A stretch of 64,000 nt of DNA from Chthonomonadaceae bacterium (lineage in GTDB: Bacteria; Armatimonadota; Chthonomonadetes; Chthonomonadales; Chthonomonadaceae): the NCBI GenBank assembly GCA_043762265.1, contig JAYUMV010000239.1, positions 2,142 through 66,141 on the forward strand. Direction: 5' to 3'. Positions 9,702 through 17,887 of this stretch are shown piece by piece (the stretch's first letter is position 1; each line of letters begins with the position of its first letter). A program made the position numbers and the translations under genes. The notes under the pieces are model-generated. The model ran no database searches and was not told the origin of the DNA. It saw only the letters and a list, made by a program, of their open reading frames with translations.

Positions 9702-9880
9702 GGTTTTGCATGGCATGGTGGGGGCCTTCCCTGAAATTTGACTCTGTTGCCGGGTTGGCACTGCAACTCTTCCCGCCAATGCGTTCGTAAAAACGCTGAC
9801 ACGACTTTCGTCTGTCTCGCTACGGTGGAAAGCCGGGCGGGAAACGCTCTTCTAAATTCGTTTTTGAAAGGTTTCTACCT

Positions 9881-10846
9881 ATGAACCGACGTGAGTTGCT
9901 TTCAACGGCAGCCGGTCTCAGCGCCATGTTCGCCTTCGAAAATCTGCGTACCCGCACTCCGGCGTCCGCCGCTCCCCGCTTCGACGGTTTCGAGCCACAG
10001 ACTCCCGAACCGCTCAGTACCGTAAAACTGACCGATCACCTCTCGGTCGTCATGGGCAACGGGGGAAATATTGCGGTCCTCACCGGGGACGAAGGCACGG
10101 TGCAGGTGGACAGCGGCTATGCGAACCGAGCCACCGATGTCGCCAAAGCGATCGCGGATCTGAGCGCACAACCGGTGACGACGCTGATCAATACGCACTG
10201 GCATCTCGATCATGTCGGCGGCAACGAGGCGGTCGGCAAGGGAGGAGCCCGAATCCTCGCGCAGACGACCACCCGAGCGCGCATGGCGACCGATCAGACC
10301 GTCGAGTTCATGAACATGCACTTGCCGCCCTCTCCTGCCATCGCCCTGCCCGTCATCACCTTTGCGGATAGCCTCACCCTCTATTCCAACGGGGAACAGA
10401 TCACGATGACGCACGTGCCGCCCGCGCACACCGATACGGACATCGTAGTCTATTTTCGCAAAGCGAACGTGCTGCATGCGGGCGATCTGTTGTTCAACGG
10501 CTTCTATCCATTTATCGACTACTCCAGTCGGGGCTGGATCGGGGGAATGGTCGCCGCCGCCGATATCGTGCTGAAGCTCTCGGACGCGAAGACCAAGATC
10601 ATTCCCGGCCACGGCCCGATGGCGACACGCGCCGATGTCGTGGCCTTCCGCACTATGCTGCATACCGTTCAGACACGTATCGAAGCGCTGATGAAGAGCG
10701 GGAAGAGTTTGGAGCAGGTCGTCGGGTCGAAACCAACTCATGATCTCGACGAGAAGTGGGGCCAGGGCTTCCTGAAGCCGGACCAGTTTGCGACGTTGGC
10801 TTACACCGGCATCGTCCGCCATCGTGGTGTCGTCCGTCATGCCTAG
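9881..10846 (+). CDS. MBL-fold metallo-hydrolase with Tat-type signal
   Basis: HWHLDHVGGN (HxHxDH motif). N-terminal MNRRELLSTAAGLSAMFAF. Confidence 0.9.
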   Translation: MNRRELLSTAAGLSAMFAFENLRTRTPASAAPRFDGFEPQTPEPLSTVKLTDHLSVVMGNGGNIAVLTGDEGTVQVDSGYANRATDVAKAIADLSAQPVTTLINTHWHLDHVGGNEAVGKGGARILAQTTTRARMATDQTVEFMNMHLPPSPAIALPVITFADSLTLYSNGEQITMTHVPPAHTDTDIVVYFRKANVLHAGDLLFNGFYPFIDYSSRGWIGGMVAAADIVLKLSDAKTKIIPGHGPMATRADVVAFRTMLHTVQTRIEALMKSGKSLEQVVGSKPTHDLDEKWGQGFLKPDQFATLAYTGIVRHRGVVRHA

Positions 10847-10935
10847 GCGGTGCACCCGAACAGGATCGATGCAAAACTTTGTATGAGAGGCGTTCGGGAG
10901 TCTGCTCAGAAGAGAAAAAGGGAAAGGAGAGCCCT

Positions 10936-11418
10936 ATGGCCGAAATCACGTTGCGGCCGGAAGCGCCGCAGGATAAGGAGTTCTTGTACGCTCTCTACGC
11001 CTCTACGCGTGAGGAAGAGCTCGCGGCGGTACCGTGGGCGGAAGCGCAGAAGGCCGCGTTTCTGCGGATGCAGTTCGCGGCCCAGAGCCATCACTATCAC
11101 GCCTCGTTCACGGAATGCGACTTTCTGGTCGTGCTGGCCGATGGAATTCCGATAGGGCGTCTCTACCTGGACCGAAGAGAGCAGGTATTGCACATCGTAG
11201 ACATCGCGCTCCTGCCACCGTGGCGGGGAAAGGGGATCGGCAGCGCTCTCCTCAGTTCGATTCTTGCCGAGGCCGACCGGGTCGGTAAGGCAGTTTCGCT
11301 CCATGTAGAGAGCTTTAATCGAGCGGCGCGCCTTTATGAACGTCTCGGCTTCGTTCTGGGCAAACAGGAAGGTGTCTATCACTTCATGGAGCGCCCTCCG
11401 CGTACTATTGCTCTCTAA
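10936..11418 (+). CDS. GNAT family N-acetyltransferase
   Basis: LLPPWRGKGIGSALLSSIL..RLYERLGF (acetyl-CoA binding motif A). The ATG at 10936 is preceded by GGAAAGGAGAG. The longer ORF from 10756 overlaps the MBL gene. Confidence 0.85.
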   Translation: MAEITLRPEAPQDKEFLYALYASTREEELAAVPWAEAQKAAFLRMQFAAQSHHYHASFTECDFLVVLADGIPIGRLYLDRREQVLHIVDIALLPPWRGKGIGSALLSSILAEADRVGKAVSLHVESFNRAARLYERLGFVLGKQEGVYHFMERPPRTIAL

Positions 11419-11496
11419 CGCCTGCTAACCGCTGCGTTCCTATAGCGGGAACTTACGCGTTCCAGACGTAGATCGGCATCGCCTCCCCAACAAGAA

Positions 11497-11535
11497 AAAC
11501 GGCGCTGTTCTCAGGATCTGAGATCAGCGCCGTTT
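11497..11535. terminator. Bidirectional terminator hairpin between convergent genes
   Basis: 18-bp stem (1 mismatch) AAACGGCGCTGTTCTCAG-gat-CTGAGATCAGCGCCGTTT, flanked by an A-run and a T-run. Confidence 0.7.
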
Positions 11536-11588
11536 GGCGTGATGCCTTCGGTTCGCGCAGTCTGCCATGTCTCTCGTTTGGCGCCAGA

Positions 11589-12383
11589 TCAGGCGTTGGC
11601 AGCCTTTACCGGCTCCACGGAGAGGACCAGGTAGTGGAAGGGAACCGGGCCGAGGCAGTTCCACAGAGTCCCGCCGGTCAACTTGTCGTCCTCGTATTCC
11701 GGTATGAACCGGTAGTCGTCCCAGTTGGGAAGCGCATGAGACCGGGGGTCGGGAAGGGCGACGAAGTAGACTCCCTGGCGCAGTTTCGGCTGCTTGTTCC
11801 AGGCTGCCGTGCTGAAGCGGCAAACATGCTCGGTGCGTACCGTGCTGTCCTGCGTTTCGCCCGTGCTCTTTTTGGGATAGACGACGGAGAGCGCAAGACC
11901 TTCCGTGCGGCTGACCGGCATGCAGAAACTCACTGGACTGCTGTGGTGGTTCAGCGTGTCTCGCCGGTAGTTCCAGGCGTTGAACTGCACACTGACGCCC
12001 GGCTGCTGAGTCGGGAAATGCGCGAAGAGCGAGAATGCCGAGAGGCTGGGGTCCGGATGTCCGCTTCCCAGGCCGTGTACCGTGAGCCGCACTCCGGTGT
12101 CGGCCAGACTGCGGGCGCCCCACATCAGGCTCGCCGCCGGTTTTACGGTCTCGGTCTGTGCATCCCAGTAGCCGACCGCGTTGGCAGGGATCGGCTGCTC
12201 GGTTTTCGTCTGCTCCGACGCCTGCGCTGGCTGCGAAATCTGAGTAGTTGCGGCTGCCATCAGGCCAGCAGCGGTTCCACCCATCAGAAAGGTGCGGCGG
12301 CTGGGCACGGTGCGCTGTGCGCCGGAAGCTGCCAGGGGGGCCGGAGCCTCGTCATACCGAGCCTGCCTATTTTGAGTTTGCAT
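11589..12383 (-). CDS. Tat-signal secreted protein, function unknown (last gene of the tail-collar operon)
   Basis: Twin-arginine motif SRRTFLMGGTAAGLMAAA..AQA. SD AAGGAGAG. 59 nt downstream of the third collar gene. Confidence 0.75.
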   Translation of the reverse strand: MQTQNRQARYDEAPAPLAASGAQRTVPSRRTFLMGGTAAGLMAAATTQISQPAQASEQTKTEQPIPANAVGYWDAQTETVKPAASLMWGARSLADTGVRLTVHGLGSGHPDPSLSAFSLFAHFPTQQPGVSVQFNAWNYRRDTLNHHSSPVSFCMPVSRTEGLALSVVYPKKSTGETQDSTVRTEHVCRFSTAAWNKQPKLRQGVYFVALPDPRSHALPNWDDYRFIPEYEDDKLTGGTLWNCLGPVPFHYLVLSVEPVKAANA

Positions 12384-12442
12384 CGATACTCTCCTTACGG
12401 GTAACGGCAGGACTGGCTGTCGTTCCGTCGATATGTTTCGTT

Positions 12443-12952
12443 TTACGAGGGATAGACCCCGATGAGGGCTATGATGAAGTTTATCGCTAAATAAGGCCCG
12501 ATATTGGAATGGGCATTGCTGACAGGTGGTGCAGAGATTGCCACAGGCGCCATGGAGACCGTCTGAGGCGCATTCTTATAGGCCGCGCCTGCGTTCGGCG
12601 CTGCCAGGAAATGACCGACAGGCGAACTGGAAGTCGCCGTTCCGGACTTGGCCTGCAGGTCATGGCTATGGACGGGCAGTTGCGCCTCCGTCAGGACCAC
12701 GTTTTCCACTCCCGCCGTGTCGCCCAGATTGTAGGTCGAGAGGCCAGGACCCTGTCCTGCATGGACGGGGACTCGTCCACGCAGATCCGGAAGATTAAAA
12801 GTCGTCGCATCGCCTCCGTAGGTGGTGCCGATTATCGCAAACAAGACCTGGTAGTCGGCTTGACTTAATGCGCTGCCGTCGCATATCGCCCAGCCGCGGG
12901 GCGCGAAGTTGCCCGTAAATATTCGAATCTCACTGATATAGGGTGTTGCCAT
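12443..12952 (-). CDS. Phage-tail-collar-domain protein (MdpB-like), copy 3
   Basis: N-terminus PYISEIRIFTGNFAPRGWAICDGS.LSQADYQVLFAIIGTTYGGD..TFNLPDLRGRVPVH. C-terminus HSNIGPYLAINFIIALIGVYPS. SD AAGGAGG. Confidence 0.85.
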   Translation of the reverse strand: MATPYISEIRIFTGNFAPRGWAICDGSALSQADYQVLFAIIGTTYGGDATTFNLPDLRGRVPVHAGQGPGLSTYNLGDTAGVENVVLTEAQLPVHSHDLQAKSGTATSSSPVGHFLAAPNAGAAYKNAPQTVSMAPVAISAPPVSNAHSNIGPYLAINFIIALIGVYPS

Positions 12953-12963
12953 TTGCGTCCTCC

Positions 12964-13464
12964 TTAATTGCGTGGTGGGAAGATGCCCAATAGGGCGATG
13001 ATAAAGTTAAGGGTCAGGAAGGGTTGACGATTTTCGTGTCCTTGACCCGCCCCGGCGCTCGATACGCTCCCGGACTCCATCAGCGTATCGGCCGTGGAGT
13101 CGTAGAGGGTGCGGCGCGGCGGAGCTGCAAGCAAAGATCCTGCCGGTGACACGGTGTTCGCTGCTGCCGAGGAAGCCATGATCGTATGGCTATGCGTGGG
13201 CATTGTGCTCTCCGTCAGAACGACCGACTCCGCGCCCCCCTGCGTCCCGTAAGGCATGTTAGTGTCGAAATGCATCGGCACGCGGCTGCGCAGATCCGGA
13301 AGCGCGAACGTCTGTCTTCCGTCGCCGCCATAGGTGGTCCCAAGCAGGGAAAACAGAGCCGTATTCTGGCTTATCGAGAGTAACTGACCGTTGCACAGTG
13401 CCCAGTTTTGTGGAATAGTGTTGCCGGAGATCATTTTGATCTCTCCCAAGAATGGTTCTGCCAT
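12964..13464 (-). CDS. Phage-tail-collar-domain protein (MdpB-like), copy 2
   Basis: PFLGEIKMISGNTIPQNWALCNGQLLSISQNTALFSLLGTTYGGDGRQTFALPDLRSRVPMH ... HENRQPFLTLNFIIALLGIFPPR. 11-nt gap to the next gene. Confidence 0.9.
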   Translation of the reverse strand: MAEPFLGEIKMISGNTIPQNWALCNGQLLSISQNTALFSLLGTTYGGDGRQTFALPDLRSRVPMHFDTNMPYGTQGGAESVVLTESTMPTHSHTIMASSAAANTVSPAGSLLAAPPRRTLYDSTADTLMESGSVSSAGAGQGHENRQPFLTLNFIIALLGIFPPRN

Positions 13465-13476
13465 GGTAATCTCCTT

Positions 13477-13998
13477 TTACTGGTGACTCGGGTAGATGCC
13501 GGACGTGCAGATGATGAAATTGAGCGCAAGAAAAGGCGATCTGTTTTCGTGCGCCTGATTGCTCCCTCGTGAAACGAGGCTGTTTGCATTCATCGCGACG
13601 AGATTGGTTGGCGAGTGGTAGATATTGCCCAGGCTGCTATTCGCTTGACTCAAAGCCATCGTCGTCGGATTCGCCTGGTTCGCGGCATTGGGAGCCGCCA
13701 TCAGTGTGTGCGTGTGTGCGGCCTGGTCCGCTGTCAGAGCGACTCCTGCCTGCCCGTCTGCTTCGCCCAGAGTGTACGCAGTCAGTCCTGTGCCAGCTCC
13801 GCATTGGAGGGGAACTCGCTCGCGCAAATCCGGTAGGGCGAAAGTGTTAATACCGTTTCCGCCGTAGGCGGTGCCCAGAATGCTGTACAGGCTGGCGTAG
13901 GTAGTCGTACTGAGAAGCTGACCGTTGCAGAAGGTCCAGCCTCTAGGCTCAAAGTTAAAGGGTACGAGTCTGATTTCGCCGATAAATGCTTCTGACAT
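13477..13998 (-). CDS. Phage-tail-collar-domain protein (MdpB-like), copy 1
   Basis: AFIGEIRLVPFNFEPRGWTFCNGQLLSTTTYASLYSILGTAYGGNGINTFALPDLRERVPLQ ... HENRSPFLALNFIICTSGIYPS. 12-nt gap to the next gene. Confidence 0.9.
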   Translation of the reverse strand: MSEAFIGEIRLVPFNFEPRGWTFCNGQLLSTTTYASLYSILGTAYGGNGINTFALPDLRERVPLQCGAGTGLTAYTLGEADGQAGVALTADQAAHTHTLMAAPNAANQANPTTMALSQANSSLGNIYHSPTNLVAMNANSLVSRGSNQAHENRSPFLALNFIICTSGIYPSHQ

Positions 13999-14030
13999 TG
14001 TGCTTTCCTTTCGGTTGGTGAGGCAGCGTC

Positions 14031-14828
14031 TTAGCTGCGTTTTTTCATTTTGCGTTTGAGGAGCAGGCTGCCGATACCGGCCCCGAATAAGAGCGCTACG
14101 GAACCCGGCTCGGGCACATCCGGCGTCCCGCCACCTGCGTCCGGGCCGATATGGACATTGTCTACTAGGATCGCTGAGGAGATACTGTTGTCATCGACGT
14201 TGACTGCACCGAAGCCCAGGGTATAGTTGCCGGTCGTCGGCAGCGTGATGGTTTGCGTGGAAAAGCCGGTGTGCTTATCGTACGGCGCATCGAGGCCACC
14301 CGCGACGGAACTGAGCGAACTGTTGGTGTCGGCCAGTTTGAAGGCGATGCCATTCAAGGTGTAGAAGCCGAAATCGTTGTTGATAGGCGCGGTGGTTTCG
14401 CTGGTGGCGAAATCCCAGGCAAACGATAGTTGCTCGCCTGCATTGCCGTGGAAGGTCTGCTTGAAGGCCGAACCTTCGATGGCGGTGCCCGGATTGGCAA
14501 TCGTATTCAGCGCGCCATTAGACAGCCCTAGAAATGTCTCAAGGCTGCCAGCAGCAACGGGGTTCGGCGTAACGCCTCCGAAGTGATCAGTGCCTGCAAG
14601 CGCCAGAGAGGTTCCTTGCGTGGGAGCGATCTGGAAACTGCCGTAGTAACCGTCGGTGGTCGGATTGGCTGTGAACTGCTCTACCGCTGTGAACCCACTT
14701 GAAATCCAAATCGTAAGATCACCGGTCTCGAAGCCGCCGTTGGCAACCTGAGCCTGGGCTGTGCCTGAAGCGAGCAGGGTGCAGAGGCCGAAGAGACCCG
14801 CGCCAACGATTTTGTGATGTAAAGTCAT
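14031..14828 (-). CDS. Secreted PEP-CTERM protein (first gene of the tail-collar operon)
   Basis: Signal peptide ..LLASGTAQA. C-terminal VPEPGSVALLFGAGIGSLLLKRKMKKRS. 32 nt upstream of collar copy 1. Confidence 0.85.
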   Translation of the reverse strand: MTLHHKIVGAGLFGLCTLLASGTAQAQVANGGFETGDLTIWISSGFTAVEQFTANPTTDGYYGSFQIAPTQGTSLALAGTDHFGGVTPNPVAAGSLETFLGLSNGALNTIANPGTAIEGSAFKQTFHGNAGEQLSFAWDFATSETTAPINNDFGFYTLNGIAFKLADTNSSLSSVAGGLDAPYDKHTGFSTQTITLPTTGNYTLGFGAVNVDDNSISSAILVDNVHIGPDAGGGTPDVPEPGSVALLFGAGIGSLLLKRKMKKRS

Positions 14829-14952
14829 ATTGATTGACCTTTCTTCCCGTTCGCCGTGAGGAGTGCTGGGCGAAACAAAGGCGATTTTGAGAAACCGAAT
14901 GTGAATGGGGATCGCTACCGGGATAGGAAACTCTCTCCTTCGTTCTATTATC

Positions 14953-14995
14953 AGTATAGGGCCACCAGCGCCATTAATCTGTGACCCGCATCACA
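14953..14995 (-). promoter_or_regulatory. Putative promoter (TATACT) with a perfect CRP/FNR-type palindrome TGTGA-N6-TCACA centred about -41.5
   Basis: TGTGACCCGCATCACA at 14980-14995, then a 21-nt spacer, then minus-strand TATACT at 14958-14953. No -35 hexamer. About 125 nt upstream of the ATG at 14828. Confidence 0.5.
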
Positions 14996-15046
14996 CTCGT
15001 TTCGTGCGTTCCGCACAAAGCTCTCACCTCTACGGGACAAGCGAAA

Positions 15047-15075
15047 GCCCGCCTCTCGGAAGTCGAGAGGCGGGC
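15047..15075 (-). terminator. Terminator hairpin downstream of the beta-propeller/phosphoesterase gene
   Basis: 12-bp perfect stem GCCCGCCTCTCG/CGAGAGGCGGGC. On the minus strand it is followed by TTTCGCTTG (weak U-tract). Confidence 0.55.
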
Positions 15076-15151
15076 CGGTTTTGAGATTAAAATCCCGTTT
15101 TAGAGCGGCAATTCATGGCCGAAAAAAGCTTTTCGGACGACGTAGGACTGC

Positions 15152-17779
15152 TTAACGAGAGGCGGTGGCCGGTGGGTAGGAGGCGTCGCCGTGGGTGTGG
15201 TGCCAGAGCGCTTCGGTCAACAACTCGGGATCGGCGCGGTCCGGAGCCGAGAAGTCGAGGAGCGCGGAGACGGCGGCCCAATGGCGCGGTGTGCCCGCCA
15301 GTTTCTTGAGCGGAGGGTTGATCAGGTTGAGGGCGATTATGTTCTTGTGCGCTGTATAGGGCTGATAGTCGGCTTTTTCCTGGAAGACACTGCGCATCGG
15401 GATCGCCGCTGCATCGAACTGGTTGAGCGGAGGAATGTTGAGGATCTGCTCGATGGTGCGAATCATGTTCAACTGATTGAAGTTGGCGCTGAAGATCTGG
15501 CCGCGCTTGTTGAACGGACTGACGATCAGAGCTACCGTACGATGGCCCTCTACATGGTCGAGGCCGCCCTGCGCATCGTCTTCCACCACGAACACCACAG
15601 TCGGCTCATCGTGCCAGTATTTCTGGCTGTGTGAAAGGGTATCGATCAGTTTGCCGACGGCGAGATCGTTGTCGGCAATGTCCGATTCGGGCGTATAGCT
15701 GCCGGGTCGGGTGCCCGAGGTGTGGTCGTTCCCGAACCAGATGGTCGTCAGATCCGCGAGCGGTTTCCCGCTGTCGAGGTCTTTCACGATCCGCTCATAG
15801 TGCGCTACATCGGCATTTCGGTCCGCAGTGACCGGAACCTCTTTGTCGTAGTCCGTGTCGGAGTGGGGCTTGATGCTTGGCAGCGGGTCGAACTCGCCGT
15901 AGTTGTGGAACGAATGTCCGTTGTCCATCGCGGCCTGCCAGAGGAACTTATTGCCCGCATAGACCAGAGGATCTGTGCCGCAGCAGGGATAGGAGCGCGG
16001 ATAGTTGTTCATCGCCCGCTCGGAATAGTCGTCGGCGAACGCCTCGTTGAGCCAGTGGTGCCCGTCGGCGCTGATGGCGCCGCTGCAGTAGAAGTTGTCG
16101 AACAGGCCGAACTCGCGGGCGAGCGCATGGTGGTTGGGCGTGATCTTCTCCCCGAACATCAGCAGACTGGGGTCGCCGCCGATATGCCCGGCAGGCACCG
16201 CAACGTCCGCAAAAAGCTGGTCGTAGGTGCGGTTCTCTTTAATGACCAGGACGACATGCTTAAACCTCGACCAGAAGGCGTCGCGCTTGCCGCTCAAAGC
16301 CTCGGCCATCCGATCAAAATGATCGTAGCGATTCACGGTCGTCGTCAACTGTGCCAGCGCCGTCCTGTCGGGGATGGGAATCACGCCCAGACTGCCGAGC
16401 ACCGAATAGACACTGTGGCCGGTCAGACTGTCGGATTGTATCGCCCCGCCAGGGCCTGCCTTCGGCGTCGCGGCTCCCTCCCCACGCGGGCGAGTGACCG
16501 TAGCGCCGAGCGAGCCGATGCCCTTACTGTTCGCGACATAGAGGCTGGCGCCGTCCGGGCTCAGGAGAACGCCGAGCGGAAACCAGGCCGTCGGGATCAG
16601 CCCCACGATTTTCGTCGCGAGCGCCTTACCGCCAGCGGTGGCGTCCAGAGCGAACACGGCCACGGCGTTGTCGCCGCCCAAAGTGACGTAGAGGGCGCTG
16701 CCATCCTGGCTGACGGCGATCCCGTTCGGACTGCTGGCCGCGAGTTTGCCGGGGGCGGGACTGGTAGCGATGGTCTCCACCACCGTATCGCTGCCGATGC
16801 CGATCACCGAAATAGTGTCGTTGTTCGCATTGGCGACGAAGAGACGACTGCCATCCGGTGAGAACGTCATATCGGTCGGCTGCAGGCCGACCGGGATCGT
16901 TTTGGAGACGGCATGTTCGGCATCGGCGGCGATCTGCGCGGTGGCGATTACGGAGACCGTGCCTGTCGAAGCCTTGTAGGATTTGGGATCGACCACTACC
17001 GGATCGTCTTCATCCAGCGTGTCCCCTGCTTCCGGCGTTTTGCCGCCCCGGTTGGCGACATAGATCTTGCCGCCGTCCTGACTCACGACGACTCGTTCCG
17101 GCGAACTGCCCACAGGAACTTCGGTATAGGTCGCGCGGCCGGTCTCCGCCTCATACGTGGAGAGATCGACGGCAGCGAGAGTCCCGTTGTTGAAAAGCGT
17201 CACGTACAGGGTCTTCTCATCGGGAGAGAGCGCCAGTCCGCAGGGCTGCGAGTCCTTTGCATTCTTGTTCGGCTCTATACGCGACTTCAAAGCGAGGCCT
17301 ATCGGCTTGGACGCTGTGGCTTTGCCGCTCGCATCGAAATGCGTCACGAACACGACCCCGGCAGCATCTGCCGTGCCGCCCTGCGGCGCCGCCTGCGCTT
17401 TCCCGGTGGTGTAGAGCGTCCGTCCGTCCTTCGACCAGGCGATTCCGCCTAAGTTGTGGGAGCCCGGGACGAGATCCGGCAGAAACTGCTGGGTCTGGGT
17501 GTCGAACAGACGCGTCCCTCGCTGACACATCAGCGCCAGTATTTTGCCGTCGGGCCGCAGCGCCATATCGATGGGCCGCCCCTCGAAGGAAATATTTTTG
17601 CCAGCGGGACTGAGCGTCTGCCCGGTTGGGACGAAGTAGGTGCCATCGGTCTGCTTGCCGATCGTGGACATATCGGGTGATTTTGCTGCGGGCTTCGCCG
17701 CCAGACGTATTCCGCCATAGAGCAGACCGGCAGCCGGAAGCAGCAACATAAGATGACGAGTAGTGCGCGAAAGAGGCAT
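15152..17779 (-). CDS. Fusion protein: YncE/YVTN-type beta-propeller + phosphoesterase (PlcC/AcpA) family domain
   Basis: N-terminal half has repeated ..SPDG..LYV(A/T)N.. propeller blades. C-terminal half starts HVVLVIKENRTYDQLFAD (the ENRSFD-like signature of the phosphoesterase family). N-terminal signal/anchor. Confidence 0.85.
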   Translation of the reverse strand: MPLSRTTRHLMLLLPAAGLLYGGIRLAAKPAAKSPDMSTIGKQTDGTYFVPTGQTLSPAGKNISFEGRPIDMALRPDGKILALMCQRGTRLFDTQTQQFLPDLVPGSHNLGGIAWSKDGRTLYTTGKAQAAPQGGTADAAGVVFVTHFDASGKATASKPIGLALKSRIEPNKNAKDSQPCGLALSPDEKTLYVTLFNNGTLAAVDLSTYEAETGRATYTEVPVGSSPERVVVSQDGGKIYVANRGGKTPEAGDTLDEDDPVVVDPKSYKASTGTVSVIATAQIAADAEHAVSKTIPVGLQPTDMTFSPDGSRLFVANANNDTISVIGIGSDTVVETIATSPAPGKLAASSPNGIAVSQDGSALYVTLGGDNAVAVFALDATAGGKALATKIVGLIPTAWFPLGVLLSPDGASLYVANSKGIGSLGATVTRPRGEGAATPKAGPGGAIQSDSLTGHSVYSVLGSLGVIPIPDRTALAQLTTTVNRYDHFDRMAEALSGKRDAFWSRFKHVVLVIKENRTYDQLFADVAVPAGHIGGDPSLLMFGEKITPNHHALAREFGLFDNFYCSGAISADGHHWLNEAFADDYSERAMNNYPRSYPCCGTDPLVYAGNKFLWQAAMDNGHSFHNYGEFDPLPSIKPHSDTDYDKEVPVTADRNADVAHYERIVKDLDSGKPLADLTTIWFGNDHTSGTRPGSYTPESDIADNDLAVGKLIDTLSHSQKYWHDEPTVVFVVEDDAQGGLDHVEGHRTVALIVSPFNKRGQIFSANFNQLNMIRTIEQILNIPPLNQFDAAAIPMRSVFQEKADYQPYTAHKNIIALNLINPPLKKLAGTPRHWAAVSALLDFSAPDRADPELLTEALWHHTHGDASYPPATASR

Positions 17780-17853
17780 CGGTTTCTCCTGATCTGTCGG
17801 ACCTTTCCCTAGGAATCGAGCGGGGACAAAGCCCGGAATTGTGTAGGACCTAT

Positions 17854-17887
17854 AGATTATCGCACAGGCATGTTAAGAAACCGTTAA
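17854..17887 (-). promoter_or_regulatory. Weak candidate activator-type promoter: TTAACGGT-ttc-TTAACATG-9 nt-TAATCT
   Basis: Same 8+3+8+9+6 geometry as the other three sites, but the repeats share only TTAAC. Overlaps the nominal regulator start at 17888. Confidence 0.25.

Noticed and set aside
9756-9772. Sigma54-type promoter (TGGCAC-N5-...)
   Set aside because: The -12 element reads CTCT instead of TTGC, so only the -24 half matches.
12443-13998. Prophage or tailocin remnant interpretation of the tail-collar genes
   Set aside because: No capsid, portal, terminase, sheath/tube, baseplate, lysis or integrase genes lie within ±10 kb. The flanking genes encode exported cellular proteins.
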